Source: Lingula anatina (taxonomy: Eukaryota > Animalia > Brachiopoda). Taken from it: a stretch of 64,000 nt of DNA. Of this stretch, positions 26,201 to 37,709 are shown one piece after another. The notes below the pieces were generated by a model. The model did no database searches. It was not told the DNA's origin and was given only the letters and a program-made list of their open reading frames with translations. The stretch lies in NCBI GenBank assembly GCA_051362555.1, contig CM120646.1, positions 23,436,001 to 23,500,000 of the forward strand, given 5' to 3'. Both the position numbers and the translations under genes were made by a program. Position 1 is the stretch's first letter. The number at the start of each line of letters is the position of its first letter.

Positions 26201-29200
26201 CTGAAATAAGCATTACAATATGTATATATGTGTACTCATGATGTTAAAGGAATTATTGACCTATTGACCTTATTTTGTTCGAGTTTAAAACTGAGAAAAG
26301 GAATCGTAAACAGCTGCCCCAGGACCTAAAATCCCAAAAATGGTAGTCCCCTGGACCTAAAATCCCAGAAATGGTAGTCCCCAGACCTAAAATCCTAGAA
26401 ATGGTAGTCCCCCGGACCTAAAATCCCAGAAATGGTAGTCCCCCGGGCATAAATACCCATGAAATAGTAACCCCCTGCAGGACATTTATTCAAGGTACAT
26501 AGGTCCATTGGACACACATCCCTGGAATTGTATGTCTGCGTATAGTGTGACCTCTAATAATATTGCATATTTAACATCATTAAAATTGAAAGTTTACTTC
26601 TAATTAGACTTGCTTGTTCTCCGAATAACTTTTTCTGTGTTGGTGTTGTCTCGATAGGATACGTGCCCTCCTGAAGATATTGGAAAATAACTTCAACTTC
26701 GGGCCTGGTCCGTATGCTGCTTGTCCCTTCCATATCAAACGTCTAGTGAGGGTGTGGTATTCATATATGAGCGGTATTTATAGTAGAACAAGGTAGCGTG
26801 TGACATATGTATGTAACCAATCAAAAAATTTGCTACGTGGCAAAAATGACGACCAGGATAAAACAAAAGAAAAAAAAACCCACACGAAAAGTAAACATAA
26901 TTTTATTTCTGTAAACGAAATTCGAACCAACATCCACTTACACAATTTCTCTATACAGTATCCATTATACTGCACAGCCTTACCACTACACCAGGGAGAC
27001 GAACTGGCAAACCGCCGATTTTATGGAGTACTTATATGTACTCACCAAAGCATAATATTACTGCCAATAGTCATTATTCACTAGTTGCTATTTTAAATGG
27101 TCGGACATAGTTATAGGGCGGACCTCCATTCCGTTGACTAATGTAAACGTAATGCAGGTCCGCCAGGAATAGAAGTCCTACCCTTTATTATATCAGGAAT
27201 GCAGGTCCCATTAGGACTACTATTCCTCAGGAACGGTGGCCCGTAGGATTCCGGACCTGCATTCCGTTCACACCGGAACAGAATTTACAAATAGAAAATT
27301 CCAGGCATACCTGAAAGAACAAGGAATAACCTTTTTTCACGACAAAGTCGGAACGAAAAAGTTCGATCGTGGAACGTTTTAACAGAACCTTGAAATCTAA
27401 TATGTTCAAATATTTCACCGCTAACAGTACGCTGACGTACTTACACGCACTCGACCAACTGCTGACGGGGTACAACTGGGCTAAACACCGGAGTATAGGC
27501 ATGTCGCCGACAGAGGCCTCGAAAGAAAAAGATTTCGATGCCGTATGGAATAAACTATACGGGGGTATGAATTTCGAAAAAGCAAAGTTTAAATTCAACG
27601 TGGGAGACACCGTGCGATTGAGCAAACATAGGTCTCCCTTTGCGAAAGGCTACGAGCAGGCTTGGACGCAGGAGTTGTTTACGATAACGCAACGTTTAAA
27701 CAGGTCACCGCCCGTCTACAAGGTGGAAGATTACGAAGGAGAAGAGATAGAGGGTGTTATGTACAAACCTGAAATGATTCGCGTCGTGATGAAAGACGAT
27801 GTGTATAGGATAGAAAAAAATTTAAATCAAGAGGCGAGGGTAAATCGAGGGAATATTTCGTTCAATGGTTAGGTTATCCTGCGATATTCAGATCTTGGGT
27901 CAAAGCGTCCGCTGTGAAAACGCTATAAAAGATATTTCGTTGCTCTTAAAGATCAGTTTGAACGACGGCCTCGTCCTTTCACGTTATCTTACCATCCAAT
28001 AGCAGTTTTAATTATTTTCCGAACAACAGAGCCGAGTCATTCCAGACAAAATTGTCATCAACCTTGCATTTAGTTGGCGACTACGAAGTTGCATTAGTTG
28101 AACTACAATACCCGAAAACGTGGAAAAATGTGAAAGACAGTGCCATGACGTATTACGATGGGTTGAAGACAAATACATTAACTGTCCCTGCTGGATACTA
28201 TCCAACGGTCAATGATCTCATAACTGCAATCCACGATGACCTATCAACTACCGGAAAAACAAACATCACGTTAGGGTATAATATCATAACGAGACGAGTT
28301 ACAGTTCATTTACGTTCCGGTGCAAGTATCGATTTTACCGGCGATGTAGGAAAAATGTTAGGTTGGGCAACAGACACCAGGGTAACTTCAGACGCCAGGG
28401 TAACTTCAGACTAAACCATCTCACAAGTAGAGGAAGAAGATATTTTTATTGCACCGTAGTTATATTAACACGATAGTACAAGCCTTCTGAACATGACACT
28501 GTAAGTCCGGTCGCATATTTTGATACACACGTAATATGTTAACTATAGTAGGCCTAAATTCATTTCATCCCCGAAAACCTATCAGTGATATCGATAATAG
28601 CAACTGCGAGTTACTCATATTTCACTGATGTATAGACATACATGAATATTTAAGAACGGCTCTTTCCGATACACGTGTTTTACAGACACAAGAAATATCA
28701 CTGAACCTACCTTGCGACCAGTACACTCCGGTTTCCACTGGATTTTAAGCCCCTGCAGGCAAGCCAACGTTTCAACTGAATATTGGAATGTTCAGCTGCT
28801 GTTTCATAGGAAAATTTTGCTCCTGGGACATCATCCTCGGTCAATCTAACGAAGGAAACCGTTAGTGTCCCTTCCTTCGCCATTGAAATTCAACGTGCAG
28901 ACTGCTGTACTTGTCCGACTTCCGCGTTCAGCAGTGAACTCATTAATATGCATGAGATAGTAGTGACGCAATAGGTTGCTTCTCGCTATTGTATAGGCAT
29001 GCTTTAAGCTTGTTCTAGAGATAATAACAGTCGGGTTTAACAATAGATAGCGAGCTATAGTAAGACCCCCTCCTCTTTAACTGATGATTTACACTTTTAA
29101 TTGACCGTACTTTCGTATATTGTATGATCATACAGCCCGACGTCCCCCTGTTGCACGTTGTAGTTTGATTGTCATTGCGCCTATGTCAATGCACCTCATT

Positions 29201-32200
29201 TAATTTCAATATTATAATATAAGCATAATATAAGTAATATGTTATTTCCTTATTCTTCTTTCATTATCATTCATGTTTTATAAATACTTGAACGCTTGAA
29301 TGCAGATATTTCAAATTAAAACGTAAGTACATAAATAAATTATACATTTATAAATTAATGCAATAGGAATTTTTTGAGACAGATTGATGCTGACGCTCAT
29401 GCATTTCAACCAAACAAACAATAATTAGTTCAATTTTTGACTGCAGAAATTTCATATAGGATGAAATAACTGATAACAAATTTAACTAGCAGTTTGTTAG
29501 CAACACTAAAACCAGCTGCGCGTGCCAAACTAGTGAACAAAAAAACAGTTCGCTTCGCGTGGCACGCCTTAGCATGGGTTTAGCCTCTTCAAGCTATAAT
29601 CCTATCGCCGCAACAAACAATAGGGACCTTCTGGCTGATGTATCCTGCTGTTAATTACACCTAGTTACAGCGGATTGTCACGCTCGCGCTGGGCCACAGA
29701 CACCGGCGTCATGGGGTTCACTCGTATTAAGTATTGTGTTATTCCACCTAAGCTATTGTGTTTGTGCGTTCGAATTTTGAAGGGATTTATACGGCCCTCC
29801 ATTGTTTGTCCGCCCCCTTCTATTCACAAGATAGGGATTAAAACATTTCGAACGTTGTTACACCGGTGTACAACGGAAACAAAATTATTCCGACCACTGT
29901 ATATGCCGTCAACAATCGTTTAGCGACCCTATCATTATACACTCACTCTATTTTATTTTCCATCGCATTAATCACAGTGTAATCTTCAAATGGTCCACGG
30001 GGTAAATGTACACATTCTTAATCCTAGTACGGTATGAAGATGTACTTCAAACGGCCATCATAGAAACTGAAGCGGTTGTCAACAGCCGGCCGTTGACCGC
30101 CGTCAGCGATGACCCCAACGATTTTACGGCCGTCACTCCAAATCACTTTCTGATCGGTCGAGCAGATCCAAGACCACCACCAGGGCCACTTATAGATGTT
30201 AGTCACCGCAAACGCTGGAGAGTTGCCCAAACCTTAATCACTCACCTGCGGGAACGTTTCCAGAAAGAATACATACCGGAACTTACCAAGCGACAGAAAT
30301 GGTTTGCCACAAGCCGAAATTTACACGAGAACGACCTTGTATTGATCGCCGACGACAATTCGCCGAGAAAACTCTGGAATTTGGCTCGCATTATCAAACC
30401 TCTCCCTGGTAAAGATGGCAAGGTCCGTGTTGCTGAATGCAAACGATTCATGGGAAACTGATCCGCCCAGCAGCCAAGTTGTGTCTCCTTGAAGCCTCCA
30501 GTCAACATTAATTATATATTTATTTTTTGACACTGTCGCTTCCAGTTAGTCGTATTACTGCGAGGGGGTATGTCAGCGACAGTTACTCAACTTCCCTACT
30601 TAATGAACTCTGCCAATAGTGAACGCATTCAACACCGTAACTGAGCAGTTTTTGCGTCCAGCTGCTATATAAGCTGGACGTTTTCTACAGCGGTATGCAG
30701 TGCGGCATCAACACACTCCGACGACCACAGCTTGTAGCAACGACAGGCAGCTCGACAGAAGAGGTTCTCTCCAGCGCCTCGCACCGGCCTACGACTCCGC
30801 GGTCACCCCGGCGGCTCGACAGCAGCGGTTCTCTCTAGCACCTCGCACCGGCCTTACGACTCCGCGGTCACCCCGGCGGCTCGACAGCGGTCTACTCCTG
30901 CTCCACTCATCGGCCCAAGACTCGACGGTCACCCCGGCGGCTCGATATCGGTCTACTCGACTCCTGCGCCACTCATCTGCCCACGACCCAGCAGTCATCC
31001 CGGCGGCTTACGACAGTGGTATCTCTCGATAGCAGTCCAACCGACAGCGATCCATTTCGATTTGGTTTAATTTTATTTTCATTCAATTTTTGTACCCATT
31101 TATTCGCTATTAAATTATTTATTTATTTATTTTCTTCGTTCTTGTTGCTTCTATCACCGTCTCGTCCTAAACAACAACATTATTGAAAAACTAATTAACA
31201 GAAAAAAAACTAAAATAAAATACATTATTATAACGTTAAGCAAACATTTATCAGCACGAAATGGAAACGTTATTATAACGTATGTATTTTGTTTGTGTTA
31301 ATGGCTAGCTGGGTGAATAAGACCATCGAAGTTGTAGAATTAAAATTGGAAACAAAGGTAACAGTTAGAAAACCCGTGTTTTTTATTCTGCCTTACCTGT
31401 ATTTAAATTTTGATTGCAGTGCCATCAAAACCAGCAGTCCTTTACGAAGTATCAAGTAATAGCTTAAAAATGAGCTGGAACAGGATCAACGAACCAAGTG
31501 TGGACAAAATAACTGTGGCATATAGGCGGGGAGATGCCTTTATTTGTCTACAGACGACTAAGGATGTATCTGTCACGTCTACGAGCTTTAATAACCTCCA
31601 ACCAGGCACTCCGTATGAAGCAGAGGTTATTTTCCACTGTGGAGACAAATCGAGTTTAAGTGGTGTGATTGATTTTACGACCCGTAAGTCATTTCTAATA
31701 AAACCAACAAATATCTATAGAAGACAGGATCACAACACAGCTAAGCACATTCAAAACAAAACAAAAAAAAAAACACAAGTCAAACTATTCAGTGATATAA
31801 CTTTTTTTCCACTATCCCCATGATTTTGGTTTATCTAAACCTGAATTTTCCCCAATTTTCCCCGGCATTTTAATTAGCATGATTGAGTGTTTGAGGTCCA
31901 CATTAGAATATTTCTCATGTCTGGTGAACTTTCAATTTTTCAAACAGAGATGCAGATGTAGTACATGTAAAATTGCACAACCGACAATGGTTTAGCTTTT
32001 TTAATGACAACAAATACATGCGCTGTATACATACAGATTTTGTGTCATTCTATTTAGTACATGTTTTAATATAGATGGTATTGCACTGGCAAGGTTCAAA
32101 TCATACATGTCTGAGCGTGAACAGTCAGTCTCGATAGGCAGGTACAAATCACCATCAACACCACAATCTTGTGGCGTACCACAAGGCTCTGTACTCGGGC

Positions 32201-33295
32201 CCCATCCTGATCACTTTTAACACGTCACCAATTGAGGGCATTGTTTCTAAGCACGGTTTTAAACTAATGCTCTACGCAGATGACCCTCAAATTTATATTG
32301 TTTGCGTCAAGCCATCAGATGTGATACCATATATCCAGAAATGTATAAGTCAGTTGAGCCAATGGCTTAACGCCAACTCGCTTGTTTTCAATGAAAACAG
32401 AAGTAGTTCACTTTACTTCTCGCTCTTCTATAAGATACAGAAATATTAGACATATTAGAAATCGAAAACAACAATGTCATAGTAAAAGATAAGGTTAAAA
32501 ACCTAAGAGTAATTTTGATAACAGGTGCGATATGACCACCGACATCAGTAAAATGCAGAACTGCTTTCTATGGTCTTTAAAAAATCTCCAAACTATCCTG
32601 CATCCTCGATCAAAGGTCAAATGGAGATGCTTGTCCTTGCCTTCATAACTTCACGTCTTGACTATGGAAACAGTCTACTGCCTAAGTACCAACTGAAAAA
32701 CTGCAATCCGTTCAAAATGTGCTGCAGCACGACTGCTGACCAAATCCCTTCTCAGATCAAACATTTCACCCATCTTATTCAAACTACAGGTGCATTGGTT
32801 TCCAGGGCAGAGAATTGTTTTTAAATAACTGCTGTTTGTTTTTGAATTCACCAGGGGTGGATGCCCTTCATATTTTAACTCTATGCTACATCCAAATAAA
32901 GCAAATCTCACCAGGTCCACCACATCCACCTCTACTCTTAGCTTTTACCAAGAATGAAAACAAAAAACATCAAAAACCTGCGGCCACAGGGCATTTTCAA
33001 ATGCAGCTACCATTTTATGGAATGGACTACCCTCGTACATTCGGACTATGGATAGTGTTGAGGTTTCTAAAAAAATTGAAAACATTCTCATTTGCACAGT
33101 ACTTTAATTATTTTTGATACTTGAAATTGTATATTTTGTCATATATCATAAAAATTATTTAAACTACTACTATTTTAACCAGCAATCAATTATTTTAACT
33201 GTTTTATTCACCTCAGCTTTTATATTTAGACAATTATAATTCTTTATTATTATTTTTTTTTATTTTTCTTTATTTATTTATTTATTTATTTATTT

Positions 33296-33336
<41 letters not shown>

Positions 33337-33387
33337 TTTTATTTTTTTTTTGTAAACAGCACTGAGACAGAAGTATAGTGCGGTTTT

Positions 33388-33437
<50 letters not shown>

Positions 33438-35434
33438 GTGCAAATGTTCTTGCAGATCCTGTCCCGCCAGAAACATTTTATACTACGGCTGTGTCTACTT
33501 CAACAGCCAACATAGAATGGAACAAGCCGAATGGCCAGTATGACCACATGGTTGTCACTTTCACTGACTTGACTTCTAAAAAAACATCTGAAAAACAAAT
33601 TAAAGAACTCAAGCATCGTTGCACTAATCTTCACCCTGCCTCTTGGTACCGTTTGTCCGTTGTGACAGTAAAAGGATCAAGGACAAGTGCAATAAAGTAT
33701 TACGATTTCTGCACAGGTATATACAAAATATACATTTGAAAAATTAACCTTATTTCAGTGGCAATTCACTATCTGGTTATTTGTCAACATGTGCTGTATA
33801 CATGCATATGTACATTTGAAAAATGCATGGAGATTGGCAACGGGAAGTTGTCAAGTCAATATATATTTCAACTATAAATGTTTGGTAGATTAAACAAGTC
33901 AAAATCAAGGAACTGAAAATTGATATTTTGAATTAAAAGAATTGAGCAGTTGTAAATGTTTGTTTTTTTTTTCATTCACAACTATTGCATTATGTTAAAT
34001 AATATATATTCAAGACTATAGCAAGGTGGAAGTAACTTTTAAGTAAAATCTATATAAAATCTATATGAAAGGTGACATGTTTGTCGCTATTGGTTGTTAA
34101 GATTTTATCCTTGTGATGCTATATTTTCGGGGAGGTGCATCTTAATTAATAGGTGGATATTGCTAATTTGGGATTACTTTGTAATTGTTCATTCATTTAC
34201 AGCTCCTTTGCCCCCCAAGGACATTTCCATCAATCCTCAAGCGCATACTGCAAACATACAATGGGGGTATCCAAACAAACGTAGAGACGACGGCATCAGT
34301 TTCGAAATCAAGTATTGGGAAGTGGATAGTAACGGGCGTGAAAAAACGGTATTTTCTGAAACCTTGCAGACAACACTTGAGTCATTAACTCCAGGGTCAC
34401 AGTACTTGGTACAAGTAAGGGCTGTCTTCCATGGAACAAAGAATGAAGCTTTCAAGGGGAAATCGTTTATTACAGGTTATTGTCAAGCAAGTTTTGCACT
34501 ATTTAGAAATGCTAGCAGGTAGCAAGATGTATCCATGTATTTGTATTTCAGTGCGTTTGTTTTATTTTGATTTTACAATGGGTTTATTGTTTTACAATTA
34601 ATGTACTCCGTATATGATTAGACTGGGTGGCAAAGAAAGGACCTTGTTTATTTGTAGACTAAGGCAGTGTACGGTACTACCAGTAAAATAATGTAGTTTC
34701 GTCAACTAACAACTGAACTCGAGTTGGCACAATCTGAGTTATGTTGTTTATTAAGAAACTATTATTAAAACGCTGATTGCGTAACTCGTCCTTGCCTTCA
34801 TAACTTCACGTCTTGACTATGGAAACAGTCTACTGTATGGTCTTCCTAAGTACCAATTGCAAAACTTCAATCCGTTCAAAATGTGCTGCAGCACGACTGC
34901 TGACCAAATCCCTTCTCAGATCAAACATTTCACCCATCTTATTCAAACTACAGGTGCATTGGTTTCCAGGACAGAGAATTGTTTTTAAATAACTGCTGTT
35001 TGCCCTGGGTGGATGCCCTTCATATTTTAACTCTATGCTACATCCAAATAAAGCAAATCTCACCAGGTCCACCACATCCACCTCTACTCTTAGCTTTTAC
35101 CAAGAATGAAAACAAAAAACATCAAAAACCTGCGGCCACAGGGCATTTTCAAATGCAGCTACCATTTTATGGAATGGACTACCCTCGTACATTCGGACTA
35201 TGGATAGTGTTGAGGTTTCTAAAAAAATTGAAAACATTCTCATTTGCATAGTACTTTAATTATTTTTGATACTTGAAATTGTATATTTTGTCATATATCA
35301 TAAAAATTATTTCAACTACTACTATTTTAACCAGCAATCATTTATTTTAACTGTTCTATTCACCTCAGCTTTTATATTTAGACAAATATAATTCTTTATT
35401 ATTTTTTTTATTTATTTATATTTTTATTTATTTA

Positions 35435-35508
<74 letters not shown>

Positions 35509-35552
35509 TTTTTTTTGTAAACAGCACTGAGATAGAAGTATAGTGTGGTTTT

Positions 35553-35596
<44 letters not shown>

Positions 35597-37587
35597 GTGC
35601 AAATGTTCTTGCAGATCCTGTCCCGCCAGAAACATTTTATACTACGGCTGTGTCTACTTCAACAGCCAACTTAGAATGGAACAAGCCGAATGGCCAGTAT
35701 GACCACATGGTTGTCACTTTCACTGACTTGACTTCTAAAAAAACATCTGAAAAACAAATAAAAGAACTCAAGCATCGTTGCACTAATCTTCACCCTGCCT
35801 CTTGGTACCGTTTGTCCGTTGTGACAGTAAAAGGATCAATGACAAGTGCAATAAAGTATTACGATTTCTGCACAGGTATATACAAAATATACATTTGAAA
35901 AATTAACCTTATTTCAGTGGCAATTCACTATCTGGTTATTTGTCAACATGTGCTGTATACATGCATATGTACATTTGAAAAATGCATGGAGATTGGCAAC
36001 GGAAGTTGTCAAGTCAATATATATTTCAACTATAAATGTTTGGTAGATTAAACAAGTCAAAATCAAGGAACTGAAAATTGATATTTTGAATTAAAAGAAT
36101 TGAGCAGTTGTAAATGTTTTTTTTTTTTTTTTCATTCACAACTATTGCATTATGTTAAATAATATATATTAAAGACTATAGCAAGGTGGAAGTAACTTTT
36201 AAGTAAAATCTATATAAAATCTATATGAAAGGTGACATGTTTGTCGCTATTGGTTGTTAAGATTTTATCCTTGTGATGCTATATTTTCGGGGAGGTGCAT
36301 CTTAATTAATAGGTGGATATTGCTAATTTGGGATTACTTTGTAATTGTTCATTCATTTACAGCTCCTTTGCCCCCCAAGGACATTTCCATCAATCCTCAA
36401 GCGCATACTGCAAACATACAATGGGGGTATCCAAACAAACGTAGAGACGACGGCATCAGTTTCGAAATCAAGTATTGGGAAGTGGATAGTAACGGGCGTG
36501 AAAAAACGGTATTTTCTGAAACCTTGCAGACAACACTTGAGTCATTAACTCCAGGGTCACAGTACTTGGTACAAGTAAAGGCTGTCTTCCATGGAACAAA
36601 GAATGAAGCTTTCAAGGGGAAATCGTTTATTACAGGTTATTGTCAAGCAAGTTTTGCACTATTTAGAAATGCTAGCAGGTAGCAAGATGTATCCATGTAT
36701 TTGTATTTCAGTGCGTTTGTTTTATTTTGATAGTCAATGGGTTTATTGTTTTACAATTAATGTACTCCGTATATGATTAGACTGGGTGGCAAAGAAAGGA
36801 CCTTGTTTATTTGTAGACTAAGGCAATGTACGGTACTACCAGTAAAATAATGTAGTTTCGTCAACCAACAACTGAACTCGAGTTGGCACAATCTGAGTTA
36901 TGTTGTTTATTAAGAAACTATTATTAAAACGCTGATTGCGTAACTCGTCCTTGCCTTCATAACTTCACGTCTTGACTATGGAAACAGTCTACTGTATGGT
37001 CTTCCTAAGTACCAACTGAAAAACTTCAATCCGTTCAAAATGTGCTGCAGCACGACTGCTGACCAAATCCCTTCTCAGATCAAACATTTCACCCATCTTA
37101 TTCAAACTACAGGTGCATTGGTTTCCAGGACAGAGAATTGTTTTTAAATAACTGCTGTTTGCCCTGGGTGGATGCCCTTCATATTTTAACTCTATGCTAC
37201 ATCCAAATAAAGCAAATCTCACCAGGTCCACCACATCCACCTCTACTCTTAGCTTTTACCAAGAATGAAAACAAAAAACATCAAAAACCTGCGGCCACAG
37301 GGCATTTTCAAATGCAGCTACCATTTTATGGAATGGACTACCCTCGTACATTCGGACTATGGATAGTGTTGAGGTTTCTAAAAAAATTGAAAACATTCTC
37401 ATTTGCACAGTACTTTAATTATTTTTGATACTTGAAATTGTATATTTTGTCATATATCATAAAAATTATTTAAACTACTACTATTTTAACCAGCAATCAT
37501 TTATTTTAACTGTTTTATTCACCTCAGCTTTTATATTTAGACAATTATAATTCTTTATTATTTTTTTATTTATTTATTTATATTTTT

Positions 37588-37627
<40 letters not shown>

Positions 37628-37662
37628 TAAACAGCACTGAGATAGAAGTATAGTGCGGTTTT

Positions 37663-37709
<47 letters not shown>

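Larger units (their letters stand above)
24638..27928 (+). pseudogene. Polinton DDE integrase with C-terminal chromodomain, split by a Ginger insertion
   Basis: YDPSNPASFGS...WQADLAD, frameshift, LTVIDVFSKYAWAVP...LQTDAG, then the insertion at 25077-27272, then TEF...SIVERFNRTLK...YN...HRSIGMSP...FNVGDTVR...KGYEQAWTQELF...VYRIEK, frameshift, EYFVQWLGYP...SWV, TAA at 27926-27928. Confidence 0.9.
17117..28414. mobile_element. Polinton/Maverick (adintovirus-like) endogenous element, decayed and right-truncated, inside an intron of the FN3 gene
   Basis: Contains pPolB (-) and, divergently, a BIR ORF, a small ORF, a retroviral-type integrase with chromodomain and a penton/PX-like ORF (+). Candidate left terminus AGTAGTATATG at 17117. 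No right TIR, ATPase, protease or major capsid gene found. Confidence 0.9.

Noticed and set aside
26320-26460. 31-bp repeats resembling a CRISPR array
   Set aside because: Head-to-tail with no unique spacers, no cas genes, eukaryotic context, and inside a Ginger element.
30700-31032. 110-aa ORF and its antisense partner
   Set aside because: Product of GC-rich tandem repeats within the LTR; no recognisable domain.
28414-31400. Right TIR of the Polinton
   Set aside because: No reverse complement of 17117-17200 and no second GATAAG-flanked end found by eye.
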